Sequence record: DRR723986_13700
DNA length: 64,000 nucleotides
Strand: one strand, 5' to 3'
Within the stretch, counting starts at the first letter, position 1. Each line of letters begins with the position of its first letter. A program made the position numbers and the translations under genes. Positions 31,895-41,793 of this stretch are shown here, one piece after another. The notes under the pieces are model-generated. The model was not told the DNA's origin. It did no database searches and saw only the letters and a list, made by a program, of their open reading frames with translations.

Positions 31895-32389
31895 ATGATG
31901 AAAACAAAAATCACAATTTTACTAATGTTTCTAATACAACTTTCATTTGCACAAGTTGACTACGGAACACCTTATGGTGATTCTTTACCAGAAAAATTAC
32001 AACATCTAAATATTGAAATTGAAGTTATGCATTTTCCTAAAGAAAATGATCCCATAAAAATCAAAGACAAATACTATTGGAAGCATGCTACAGCAATTTT
32101 GGCTAAAAAAAGTAAAGTCAAAATTATAGAATATGGTGCATATCTCTACTATAACAATACATGGAACTTGCGCAAATTATATGATTTAAAAGAATTAGAC
32201 AAAACCTTTGGAACTAAAAAACAGGTTTTGCAGCAAGGTGAACCTTACGTTTGGACTAAGAATTGGAGAATTGATAATAGACTCTTTGGCGGTTGGGCCA
32301 TGTGGTACTTCATAGGAATTAATGATGAAGGGGAAACCATTTGCGGATACGAAACCATTAATACAACTTCTAACTTATTAAATAACTAA
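31895..32389 (+). CDS. Hypothetical exported protein
   Basis: Signal peptide ending SFA-Q; Trp/Tyr-rich; no family recognised. Confidence 0.7.
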   Translation: MMKTKITILLMFLIQLSFAQVDYGTPYGDSLPEKLQHLNIEIEVMHFPKENDPIKIKDKYYWKHATAILAKKSKVKIIEYGAYLYYNNTWNLRKLYDLKELDKTFGTKKQVLQQGEPYVWTKNWRIDNRLFGGWAMWYFIGINDEGETICGYETINTTSNLLNN

Positions 32390-32391
32390 TT

Positions 32392-32951
32392 ATGAAAAAG
32401 AATCAAATACTAACAGTGGTACTCTTTTGTGTAATATCTATATTCACATTTGGGCAAAATAAAACTATAAACACTAAAGATAGCTTATTACAATGGACAG
32501 GTAAAGTAGCATTTAATGCTTATTCGTTAACTGGTACATTAAAAGTAAAACAAGGTGAAATTAAAATTGAAAACGACTCAATTAAATTGCTTAAAATAGT
32601 TATTGACATGACTAGTCTAGATCATGAAAACAATGATTTAAAAACACATTTAAAGGGAAAAGATTTTTTTGAAGTAAAAACCTATACTGAAGCTAGTTTT
32701 ACAGTATCTCAGCCGGCACAAATTGCTAATGGACTTGCCTTAATTACAGGAGAATTAAAAATAAAAGATGTCACAAAAACAGAATCTTTTACAATAACAA
32801 TTAGTGAAGATTATTCTGTATTGAATTTTAATATTTCCATTGACCGCACTGCTATGGAGTAAAATTTAATTCTCCAAGTTTCTTTAAAAAAATGAAAGAA
32901 AATGCAATAGCAGATGAGTTTAAATTAAAAGGAAAATTGAGGATTGAGTAA
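32392..32951 (+). CDS. YceI-family lipid/polyisoprenoid-binding protein, frameshifted
   Basis: WTG, IDMTSL, HLKGKDFF, GELKIK, IDRT; after about 32851 a shifted frame gives YGVKFNSPSFFKKMKENAIADEFKLKGKLRIE*. Confidence 0.82.
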
Positions 32952-33680
32952 CTACTTATTTCGTCCTTTTTCTTCTGGATACATCTCCATTAAAACATCG
33001 CTCTGAAAGATTTCTTTTGTATTTATATCCATAACAGAAAGTCTACCTGTAAATGCAGCACCTGTGTCTATATTCCAAACATTTGCTGCATTCATAGGGT
33101 GCATTTTAAAATAATTGGTTGTTGGCGTGTGCCCAATATAAATTTCTTTATAGTGTTTTAATCGACTTGGATATATCTTAGAAGCTGGTGTTAGGCGTTT
33201 ATCCATAGTTAGGACCATTTCCCAAAGTGTGCGATCAAAATAAAAACTCTGTATTTCAAACTCGCGCTCCACACCATGCATTGATGTAAAGCCAGCATGT
33301 ACAAATAACCGTTTCTGATCATCTACATGATATAGTGGCAAAGATTCAAAAAAATCGAGATGCTGTAATTTCTTTTCTTTAGAAAAACCGTCATAACTTT
33401 CTATAGTTTCTTTTCCACCATGCGCATACCAAATTGGATTTTCTAATCCTTCCGCCAGCCATTGTTCACACCATACATCATGATTGCCTTTTATAAAAAC
33501 ACAAGTGTTAGTTTGAGATAATTCAATTAAGTATTGAATTACTTGTGCAGATTCACTCCAACCATCAACGTAATCTCCTAAAAAAATTAAAGTATCATTT
33601 GAATTTACGTCTGCTCTGTCTAAAACTTGAACTAATGCTCTTAATCCTCCATGTATATCTCCAACAACTATGGTTCTCAT
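32952..33680 (-). CDS. Calcineurin-like metallophosphoesterase
   Basis: GDIHG, GDYVD, GNHD, VHAG, GHT, IDTGA. Confidence 0.9.
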   Translation of the reverse strand: MRTIVVGDIHGGLRALVQVLDRADVNSNDTLIFLGDYVDGWSESAQVIQYLIELSQTNTCVFIKGNHDVWCEQWLAEGLENPIWYAHGGKETIESYDGFSKEKKLQHLDFFESLPLYHVDDQKRLFVHAGFTSMHGVEREFEIQSFYFDRTLWEMVLTMDKRLTPASKIYPSRLKHYKEIYIGHTPTTNYFKMHPMNAANVWNIDTGAAFTGRLSVMDINTKEIFQSDVLMEMYPEEKGRNK

Positions 33681-33684
33681 TGCA

Positions 33685-34692
33685 TTAATATATTTTATAA
33701 TATGATTTTATGACATTTTCAACGGGCTTATTCTGAGGTGTAAACATAAAGTTATCTTCACCACCTACTTCATCGTCTTGGTTAAACCATTTCCATATAA
33801 AACCACCGGCAAACCAATCTTCATTCCAAAACGTCTCGTATAGTGCTTTTGTAGTGTTAACCTGAGCTTCAAGGTTAACCTGATTCATACTTCGGTCAGA
33901 AACCCATGGTTCTTTACCAGAATAATCTACACTTCTATAACCATATTCAGTAAAAAGAATTGGCCGGTCATAGTCCTTTGACATTTTAGTAATTATGGGT
34001 TTATGTTTTTTCCAGCCTTCCATACAATCTTCAAAAGTTGGAGTTTGCTTATCACTCACAGGAAAATACGCGTCTACACCTATATAATCTAATTGACCCC
34101 AAAATGGAGTTCGTCTAAATTCATCCCAATTAGCCGCATATGTCAGTTTTCCTTTATAAATAGCTCTAATTTTATCAATAAGTTGAGACCAATATTCTGG
34201 CCTGTATTTAATAAATAATTCTAGTTCAGTACCAATACATAAAATTTCTGAATTTACTTCTTCTGCCAATTCTGTATACTCTAAAATAAAATTTTCGTAA
34301 GAATCTTCAAGAGCTTCCCAATTCTCTTCAGTAGTCATCATAATATTACCTGTGAACTCTCCTCTCCATACCCAAATTTGAGGCTTTATCATTACCTTAA
34401 TATTCTTTTTGCGTAATTCTTCTATGTATTGTTTGGCACCCGCACGAGTTTCTCCAAACCACTGTCTATCGGTATTATGCATTATATTCGGATGTTCCAA
34501 ATTTCTTATAAAACCAAATGGCATAATAGCCACATAATTAGCATATACCTTAACTACAGGTGTTACATTAGTACTATCTATAGCACTTCCTGAAGCCACA
34601 TAACTAACGCCATTAATTTTATCTGGTGTGTATGGAGCAGCTGAACAACCAGTTAAAATTAAACTTAAAACGATGTATAAAAAATAACGCAT
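33685..34692 (-). CDS. Glycoside hydrolase family 113-like lipoprotein
   Basis: Lipobox LTGC; IGTEL, TYAANWD, VDAYFP, FTEYGY, GFIWKW. Confidence 0.75.
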   Translation of the reverse strand: MRYFLYIVLSLILTGCSAAPYTPDKINGVSYVASGSAIDSTNVTPVVKVYANYVAIMPFGFIRNLEHPNIMHNTDRQWFGETRAGAKQYIEELRKKNIKVMIKPQIWVWRGEFTGNIMMTTEENWEALEDSYENFILEYTELAEEVNSEILCIGTELELFIKYRPEYWSQLIDKIRAIYKGKLTYAANWDEFRRTPFWGQLDYIGVDAYFPVSDKQTPTFEDCMEGWKKHKPIITKMSKDYDRPILFTEYGYRSVDYSGKEPWVSDRSMNQVNLEAQVNTTKALYETFWNEDWFAGGFIWKWFNQDDEVGGEDNFMFTPQNKPVENVIKSYYKIY

Positions 34693-34736
34693 ACAATAAA
34701 ATAATGTCTAAATTTAAAGAAAATCACCAAGGTGAT

Positions 34737-34760
34737 TAAGGATTTAACAAAACCTTCGAC
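34737..34760 (+). promoter_or_regulatory. Second copy of the TAA-N15-TTCGAC motif
   Basis: TAAGGATTTAACAAAACCTTCGAC, 27 nt before the ATG at 34788. Confidence 0.35.
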
Positions 34761-34787
34761 TTATTCTGTACTAACAATCAAAAACCT

Positions 34788-36092
34788 ATGGAACATATCG
34801 TTATTATTGGTAACGGCATTTCTGGTGTTACTTTAGCTCGCCATATAAGAAAACTATCCGATAAGAAAATCACAATCGTATCTGCTGAAACAGATTATTT
34901 CTTTTCTCGTACGGCACTCATGTACATATACATGGGACATATGAAATTTGAACATACACAACCGTATGAAAACGGATTTTGGAAGAAAAATAGAATTGAA
35001 CTAAAAAAAGGTTACGTTGAGAAAGTTGATACCGATTCTAAGATGCTTCACTTCGCTGAAGGTGATCAAATGAATTACGATAAATTAGTAATTGCCACGG
35101 GAAGTAAACCCAACAAATTTGGCTGGCCAGGACAAGATCTAGATGGTGTTATGGGCATGTACCACAAACAAGATTTAGAGAATCTTGAAAAGTATACACC
35201 AAACAATCAGATTTGTAAGCGCGCAGTTATTGTTGGTGGAGGCTTAATAGGAATTGAGTTAGCTGAAATGTTGAATAGTCGTAATATTCCTGTAACATTT
35301 TTAGTGCGCGAATCTAGTTTTTGGAATGGTGTTTTGCCTGAAGGCGAAAGTGCCATGATAAACAGACATATAAAAAATCACCATATCGATTTACGTTTGT
35401 CCACCAATTTAATGGATATAAAATCTGATGAAAACGGAAAAGTAAAATCTGTTATTATTGAAGAAACAGGTGAAGAAATTCCTTGTAATGTTGTTGGGTT
35501 GACCGCTGGAGTTTCACCAAATATTGATTTTATAAAAGACTCTGAAATTGAAACAGGTCGTGGTGTTAAAGTGAATCGTTATCTCGAAACCAATATAAAA
35601 GATGTTTATGCGATTGGCGACTGTGCAGAACAGCACGAAGCTATTGGAAACAGAAGACCTATTGAGGCGGTATGGTACACTGGTAGAATGATGGGAGAAA
35701 CCTTAGCACAAACCATTTGTGGAAACAAAATTGAATACAAACCAGGTCATTGGTTTAATTCGGCAAAATTCTTAGATATTGAATACCAAACTTATGGATG
35801 GGTTTTTGGCCGCAAAGGGCGACCAGATTATGAACATCACTTTCATTGGAAACATGCTGATGATACAAAATGTATCACAATAGCATATCATAAAGACACA
35901 AATGCATTTTTGGGAATTAATACCTTCGGAATTAGAATGCGACACGAAATTTTTGACAAATGGCTTACCGAAAAAAGAGATGTTGATTATGTAATGAATC
36001 ATTTAGCTGAAGCCAATTTTGATCCAGAATTTTATTCGAGATTTGAAAAAGATATAGTTAATGCCTACAACCAAAAATTACAAACCGCTTAG
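34788..36092 (+). CDS. FAD/NAD(P)H-dependent oxidoreductase (rubredoxin/ferredoxin-reductase-like)
   Basis: IIGNGISG, IATGS, VGGGLIGIE, YAIGDCA. Confidence 0.88.
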   Translation: MEHIVIIGNGISGVTLARHIRKLSDKKITIVSAETDYFFSRTALMYIYMGHMKFEHTQPYENGFWKKNRIELKKGYVEKVDTDSKMLHFAEGDQMNYDKLVIATGSKPNKFGWPGQDLDGVMGMYHKQDLENLEKYTPNNQICKRAVIVGGGLIGIELAEMLNSRNIPVTFLVRESSFWNGVLPEGESAMINRHIKNHHIDLRLSTNLMDIKSDENGKVKSVIIEETGEEIPCNVVGLTAGVSPNIDFIKDSEIETGRGVKVNRYLETNIKDVYAIGDCAEQHEAIGNRRPIEAVWYTGRMMGETLAQTICGNKIEYKPGHWFNSAKFLDIEYQTYGWVFGRKGRPDYEHHFHWKHADDTKCITIAYHKDTNAFLGINTFGIRMRHEIFDKWLTEKRDVDYVMNHLAEANFDPEFYSRFEKDIVNAYNQKLQTA

Positions 36093-36094
36093 TT

Positions 36095-37684
36095 ATGAGT
36101 AATAAATTAAATCAAAGTATGTCTTTAGCAAAACCGGATGCTCAAGATTTATCAAAAAAACAAAAATTAGCGGTCGGTCTAGGTGTTGTTGGTTTGTTCA
36201 TATTAGTCTTAGCCTTATTCAATGTGAATTTATCTAATCACAGCATACTGCTTACAGTTTCATTAGTGCTTATTACAGCAGGCACGATCATTTTTGCAAA
36301 TGATGCTTATTTAACAAAGTTAAAAGGCATAAAAAATGACGGTGTTTGGTTTAAATCTATTTCGTCACGAGGTACTTTAGGATGGATTACAGGTATTGTT
36401 CTTACGGCTTTTTATATTGTACTATATTTTTATGAAGGTCTACTTGGTGCTGGTGTTGATGGATCAGAAAACACGGGATTAATTGCATTATTTGATCCTT
36501 TAAGTCAATTACTCAGTGGCAGACCTGCCAGTCAATGGTTTGTTTATGGAACATTGTACACTATTGCCATTTTAGCCTTTGGTTATAAATTCCTTTTAAA
36601 ATACAGACATAACCGATATGAACAAATCAGAACCATTTCAGTTATGTTTTTTCAATTGGCTTTTGCATTTTTAATACCAGAGTTTATGTATGTAATGAAT
36701 TCTGATTTACCATATTACGACCTTAAAAATGTGTGGCCCCTTAACTATTATAATTTTGAGCAGTATCGCGTAAAAGCTTTTATAAATGCAGGAACCATCG
36801 GCATAGCAATGCTCATTTTTGGTATTGTTTCAATATTTGTAATTACACCAATATTAACTTACAAGTTTGGTAAACGCTGGTATTGTTCTTGGGTTTGTGG
36901 CTGTGGTGGCTTAGCTGAAACTGCTGGTGATTCCTTTAGACAATTGAGCGATAAAAGCCAATTTGCATGGAAAGTAGAACGTTGGGTAATTCATAGTGTA
37001 TTAGTCTTTGTGGTTTTAATGACAACAGCTGTTATTTACACGTATTTAGGGTATGATCCCGATAAATATTGGTTAACAAGAGATGTCTTTTTATATAGTA
37101 TAGCAGGGTTTTTAACCTTAATATTTGCCTTAACCATGATTTTTAAACGACAAGAATTAGGTAAAGATGCAAAATATGGTGCCATTGGATATTTCATTAT
37201 TATCATTGCCCTAATTGGTATCCATTTATTTAGTTCTGAAACAAAACTATTCATATTTAAAGCTGAGACTTTAAGAACTACCTATGGGTTTTTAATAGGA
37301 GCCATTTTCTCTGGTGTCATTGGTACTGGCTTCTACCCTATTTTTGGAAATCGGGTTTGGTGTCGCTTTGGTTGCCCTATGGCAGCTATATTAGGATTTC
37401 AACAACGGATGTTCTCACGTTTTAGAATTACTACTAATGGAGGTCAATGTATTTCTTGTGGTAATTGTTCTACCTACTGCGAAATGGGAATTGATGTCAG
37501 AGCTTATGCTCAAAAAGGCGAAAATATAGTACGCTCTAGTTGTGTGGGTTGTGGTATTTGTTCAGCGGTTTGTCCAAGAGGTGTATTGAAACTAGAAAAT
37601 GATAGCATGAAAGGGCGCATAAATCCAAATGAAATTCTCTTAGGCAACGATATTGATTTAATGGATTTAGTAAATCAGAAATAA
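36095..37684 (+). CDS. Polytopic membrane 4Fe-4S protein (NapH/NosR/CcoG-like Cys motifs)
   Basis: Many TM segments; YCSWVCGCG, WCRFGCP, CISCGNCSTYC, CVGCGICSAVCP. Confidence 0.85.
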   Translation: MSNKLNQSMSLAKPDAQDLSKKQKLAVGLGVVGLFILVLALFNVNLSNHSILLTVSLVLITAGTIIFANDAYLTKLKGIKNDGVWFKSISSRGTLGWITGIVLTAFYIVLYFYEGLLGAGVDGSENTGLIALFDPLSQLLSGRPASQWFVYGTLYTIAILAFGYKFLLKYRHNRYEQIRTISVMFFQLAFAFLIPEFMYVMNSDLPYYDLKNVWPLNYYNFEQYRVKAFINAGTIGIAMLIFGIVSIFVITPILTYKFGKRWYCSWVCGCGGLAETAGDSFRQLSDKSQFAWKVERWVIHSVLVFVVLMTTAVIYTYLGYDPDKYWLTRDVFLYSIAGFLTLIFALTMIFKRQELGKDAKYGAIGYFIIIIALIGIHLFSSETKLFIFKAETLRTTYGFLIGAIFSGVIGTGFYPIFGNRVWCRFGCPMAAILGFQQRMFSRFRITTNGGQCISCGNCSTYCEMGIDVRAYAQKGENIVRSSCVGCGICSAVCPRGVLKLENDSMKGRINPNEILLGNDIDLMDLVNQK

Positions 37685-37690
37685 GAAGTT

Positions 37691-37698
37691 TACTTTTG
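37691..37698 (+). promoter_or_regulatory. -7 promoter element TACTTTTG for the GT2 pair
   Basis: Exact TAnnTTTG 18 nt before the ATG at 37717. Confidence 0.5.
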
Positions 37699-37716
37699 CA
37701 CTTTCAAACTTACTAA

Positions 37717-38406
37717 ATGCCCAACATAAAAGTTATTATTCCTGCTTATAATGAAGCAGAGTCAATTCCATTGGTAATTAAAGATATTCCGTCGATTGTT
37801 AATGAAATAATTGTTGTCAGTAATAATTCTACAGACGATACTGAACCTAATGCCAAAAATGCTGGTGCTACAGTATTAGTTGAAAATCGAAAAGGTTATG
37901 GTTATGCCTGCTTAAAGGGCATGGACTATATCTCAAATCAAAAGGAATCAACAGACATTATTGTGTTTTTGGATGGTGATTATAGTGATTATCCTGAAGA
38001 GTTAACCAAAATTGTTAGACCTATACTTGACGAAAATATCGATTTTGTTGTGGGAGCAAGGGTGAAACCATTGCAAGAAGAAGGCTCAATGACAGGACCT
38101 CAGATATTTGGTAATTGGTTAGCTACTAGCTTAATGAAATTATTTTTTAAATCTACATTTACTGATTTAGGCCCTTTCAGAGCAATAAAGTACAACAAAC
38201 TACTAGACTTAAAAATGGAAGACAAAACTTATGGCTGGACGGTAGAAATGCAATTAAAAGTCTTAAGGCAAAAAATGAGTTATAGAGAGATTCCTGTAAA
38301 TTATAGAAACAGAATAGGTGTGTCAAAAGTTTCAGGAACCATAAAAGGTGCTATCTTTGCAGGCGTAAAAATCCTTACATGGATTTTTAAATATAGTTTT
38401 AAGTGA
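37717..38406 (+). CDS. GT2 glycosyltransferase (polyprenol-phosphate glycosyltransferase / DPM1-like)
   Basis: IIPAYNE, NNSTD, GYGYAC, FLDGD, TDLGPFRA, GVSKVSG. Confidence 0.85.
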   Translation: MPNIKVIIPAYNEAESIPLVIKDIPSIVNEIIVVSNNSTDDTEPNAKNAGATVLVENRKGYGYACLKGMDYISNQKESTDIIVFLDGDYSDYPEELTKIVRPILDENIDFVVGARVKPLQEEGSMTGPQIFGNWLATSLMKLFFKSTFTDLGPFRAIKYNKLLDLKMEDKTYGWTVEMQLKVLRQKMSYREIPVNYRNRIGVSKVSGTIKGAIFAGVKILTWIFKYSFK

Positions 38407-39896
38407 TATATCTGCATTATACAATAATAGTCATTTATACTATTGCCATCGTACTCATTTTTATGTACGCTTTGGCACAATTAAACCTGCTTTTCAACTA
38501 CTTATCTTCAAAAAAGAAAAGAGAACATTGTGACACATTTGATCTGTCAAACCCAGAAGAAGTACCTTTTGTTACTATTCAACTTCCTGTGTTTAATGAA
38601 ATGTATGTCATGGAACGTTTGTTAGAAAATATTGCACTAATTGAGTATCCTAGAGAGAAATTAGAAATACAAGTACTAGATGATTCTACAGACGAAACAG
38701 TAAAAACCACTAAGACTCATGTAGAAAAACTTGCTGCAACAGGGCTAGACATTAAACATATAACAAGGGTTAATCGTGTAGGATTTAAAGCTGGTGCATT
38801 AAAGGAAGGACTAGAAATAGCCAAAGGAGAATTTATTGCCATCTTTGATGCCGACTTTTTACCAAAACCTAATTGGCTAAAACGTACAATTCCTTATTTT
38901 AAAAATAAAGAAATAGGTGTTGTACAAACACGTTGGGGACATATTAATAGAAATTATTCTTTGCTTACAAGAATTCAGGCATTTGCTTTAGATGCACATT
39001 TCACTCTTGAGCAAGTCGGAAGAAATTCTAAAGGGCATTTTATAAACTTTAATGGTACCGCTGGTATATGGCGTAAAGAATGTATCCTCGATGCAGGTAA
39101 CTGGGAAGGTGATACACTTACGGAAGATTTAGATCTAAGCTATAGAGCACAACTTAAAAACTGGAAATTTAAGTATCTTGAAAATGTAGAAACACCTGCA
39201 GAATTACCTATAGTTATAAGTGCTGCACGGTCGCAACAGTTCCGTTGGAATAAAGGTGGCGCTGAGAACTTTAGAAAGATGCTAAGGCGCGTCCTTAAAT
39301 CTCAAAACATTTCCACAAAAACGAAAATTCACGGTTTATTGCACCTACTAAATAGCACGATGTTCTTAAGCATTTTTATAGTAGCTATTTTAAGTATACC
39401 TATGCTTTATATAAAGAATGAATATGCACATTTAAGAGACTATTTTTATGTGATGAGTTTCTTTATAATGAGTACCATAATTTTCTTTGTGTGCTATTGG
39501 TTTATGTATCGCAGCATTTATGGCAGTGGTTTTAAAAAGTTCTTCGGGTATATAGGTATGTTTTTTACCTTTTTCTCTATAGCTATGGGCTTTTCCCTTC
39601 ATAATTCTATTGCTGTATTAGAAGGTCATGCTGGTAAGCGTAGTGAGTTTGTACGAACACCAAAATTTAATTTAAGCAAGTATAAAGACAACTGGAAAAA
39701 CAATAAATACCTACGTAAAAACTTATCTCCACATGTTATTATAGAAGGTATATTAACAGCATATTTTGGTTTTGGAATGTACCTTGCATTTATTGTTGGA
39801 GACCAAGGTGGAGACTTTGGTTTGTTTCCTTTTCACCTTATGTTATTTATTGGGTTTGGCTACGTATTTATCAAGTCTATTAGTTCTAAAGTTTAA
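38403..39896 (+). CDS. Membrane GT2 glycosyltransferase (cellulose-synthase-like superfamily)
   Basis: QLPVFNE, DDSTD, FKAGAL, FDAD, TEDLD, QQFRW (D,D,D,QxxRW), TM helices. Confidence 0.88.
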   Translation: MIYLHYTIIVIYTIAIVLIFMYALAQLNLLFNYLSSKKKREHCDTFDLSNPEEVPFVTIQLPVFNEMYVMERLLENIALIEYPREKLEIQVLDDSTDETVKTTKTHVEKLAATGLDIKHITRVNRVGFKAGALKEGLEIAKGEFIAIFDADFLPKPNWLKRTIPYFKNKEIGVVQTRWGHINRNYSLLTRIQAFALDAHFTLEQVGRNSKGHFINFNGTAGIWRKECILDAGNWEGDTLTEDLDLSYRAQLKNWKFKYLENVETPAELPIVISAARSQQFRWNKGGAENFRKMLRRVLKSQNISTKTKIHGLLHLLNSTMFLSIFIVAILSIPMLYIKNEYAHLRDYFYVMSFFIMSTIIFFVCYWFMYRSIYGSGFKKFFGYIGMFFTFFSIAMGFSLHNSIAVLEGHAGKRSEFVRTPKFNLSKYKDNWKNNKYLRKNLSPHVIIEGILTAYFGFGMYLAFIVGDQGGDFGLFPFHLMLFIGFGYVFIKSISSKV

Positions 39897-40321
39897 CCTC
39901 TTTTTTCAAAAGGAATAATAATTCCTTTTTCTAAATAGTCTTTTAAACCCTTAAGTAATAATGCCCAGCAATATGAAGAATGTTTAAAATGAGAATTGCA
40001 CTCTTGCCAATTAGCGTGAAAAAATTTCACTCTAACTGCCTTTTCTGTTTCCTCTAAATCAAACCCAAACTTTGTAGGTTCCCAATCTTTATCAGATTTT
40101 GTCATTTTGAAATAAATAAACTCTAAGGTTTTTAAACTTTCAACTTTTGCATACCAATCATATGTATCTGTAAAATTAAAATTATACTCCTCACCCAACT
40201 TCGGAATCCCAGAACATCGTAACGGCCACCAATTTTCGAGATGTATTGGTTCAGAAATGGCTTTAAACACAGTTGTTTTATCACTCTTAATTACTAAATC
40301 GTGGTATATGGTATAGCTCAT
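39893..40321 (-). CDS. SRPBCC/AHSA1-domain protein
   Basis: VFKAIS...WW, F.HANW, C-terminal WALLLKGLKDYLE helix. Confidence 0.8.
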   Translation of the reverse strand: MSYTIYHDLVIKSDKTTVFKAISEPIHLENWWPLRCSGIPKLGEEYNFNFTDTYDWYAKVESLKTLEFIYFKMTKSDKDWEPTKFGFDLEETEKAVRVKFFHANWQECNSHFKHSSYCWALLLKGLKDYLEKGIIIPFEKRG

Positions 40322-40394
40322 AAAACGATCTTTTTAATTTCTTAAAGTTATTAATCTTTTTTTGAAGCCAGATATCATCAATTCTAAATAATTC

Positions 40395-40402
40395 TATCTT
40401 TG
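40395..40402 (+). promoter_or_regulatory. -7 promoter element TATCTTTG
   Basis: Exact TAnnTTTG immediately upstream of 40408. Confidence 0.45.
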
Positions 40403-40407
40403 GTTTT

Positions 40408-41793
40408 ATGTTTGGACTAACCAACATTTATAAATACAAAAAAACATCCCTAGCTTACATTTTGGTAAGTTGTATTTTGTATTTATGGTTTGCGTTTGGA
40501 CTAGAACGTACAGAGGCTTTAAAACTTGTTATACTTTACAGTGCATTGTTCTTTTGTGCATATAAGATTTTAAAGGCATCAGGATTCTATTTTAGGATTT
40601 TAGCAATTTCGACAATACTTTTTAGAATCTTGTTTTTGTTGGCTATACCTAATCTTTCTCAAGATTTTTATCGATTTATTTGGGATGGACAAATGATTAT
40701 AGCTGGTTTTAACCCATACTTAACCACACCAGACTATCAAATGGAAATGGGCATACTTTCCAACTTTCCAAATCAGATAGAATTATATGAAGGCATGGGA
40801 ACGCTAAGTGCTTCACATTACACCAATTATCCACCTTTAAATCAATTGTGCTTTATTTTGGCCAATCTGTTTACTGGCAAAAGCATCTTAAGTTCTGTAA
40901 TAGGTATGCGATTGATAATTATTGCTGCAGACCTAGGAACCCTTTATTTTGGAAAAAAGCTATTAGAGCGTTTTGAACTACCTTCAAACAGAATATTTTG
41001 GTATATCCTAAATCCGTTTATAATTATTGAATTTACTGGTAATCTTCATTTTGAAGGTGTAATGATATTTTTCTTAATCTGGAGTTTATATCTATTACAT
41101 TCAGGAAAGTGGAAATGGGCTGCTGTAATTTTAGGTTGCTCAATATCAGTGAAGTTAATTCCTTTAATGTTTTTACCATTGTTTTTTTGGTGGTTTATGG
41201 GCCCGAAGAAACAAGAGAAACCTTTCTTCACAAGAATGACAAAACTGATTGGCTTTTATTTCATAACAATTACAACTGTAATTGCCTTTTTCTTTCCATT
41301 TATCTCAATGGAATTAATAAATAATTACTCTAAAACTGTAGGATTGTGGTTTGGTAATTTTGAATTTAATGCTAGTATATACTATTTAGCTCGAGAGATT
41401 GGTTATGCCATAACAGGCTATAATGAAATTGCCATTATTACTAAAATATTGCCTGTAATTTCCATTCTTGTCATTTTAGGATTTGCTTTATTTAAATCCA
41501 ATAACACCATTCCTAAGCTTAGTACGTCAATACTATTGGCATTTACATTGTATTTATTTTTGAGTACCACAGTACATCCTTGGTATTTAAGTACTTTGGT
41601 AATACTTGGTGTTTTTACTAATTACAGGTATCCTATAATCTGGAGCTTAGTTATAATTTTAAGTTATTTGTCGTATTTAAGCATAGGCACTTCAGATAAA
41701 TCTGAGAATTTATGGATTATAGGATTAGAATATGGAATTATATTCGCTGCCTTTATCTGGGAAATCCTATTAAAAAAACCTATTAAAATTTAA
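40408..41793 (+). CDS. GT-C fold polyprenol-phosphate-sugar-dependent glycosyltransferase (GT87/mannosyltransferase-like)
   Basis: Polytopic; SQDFYRFIWDG, NPY, YPP, LNP...GNLHFE, K..P, VHPWY. Confidence 0.78.
   Translation: MFGLTNIYKYKKTSLAYILVSCILYLWFAFGLERTEALKLVILYSALFFCAYKILKASGFYFRILAISTILFRILFLLAIPNLSQDFYRFIWDGQMIIAGFNPYLTTPDYQMEMGILSNFPNQIELYEGMGTLSASHYTNYPPLNQLCFILANLFTGKSILSSVIGMRLIIIAADLGTLYFGKKLLERFELPSNRIFWYILNPFIIIEFTGNLHFEGVMIFFLIWSLYLLHSGKWKWAAVILGCSISVKLIPLMFLPLFFWWFMGPKKQEKPFFTRMTKLIGFYFITITTVIAFFFPFISMELINNYSKTVGLWFGNFEFNASIYYLAREIGYAITGYNEIAIITKILPVISILVILGFALFKSNNTIPKLSTSILLAFTLYLFLSTTVHPWYLSTLVILGVFTNYRYPIIWSLVIILSYLSYLSIGTSDKSENLWIIGLEYGIIFAAFIWEILLKKPIKI

Noticed and set aside
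38403-39896. Bacterial cellulose synthase (bcs) operon
   Set aside because: No PilZ domain and no bcsB/C/Z neighbours; only the GT2 superfamily motif
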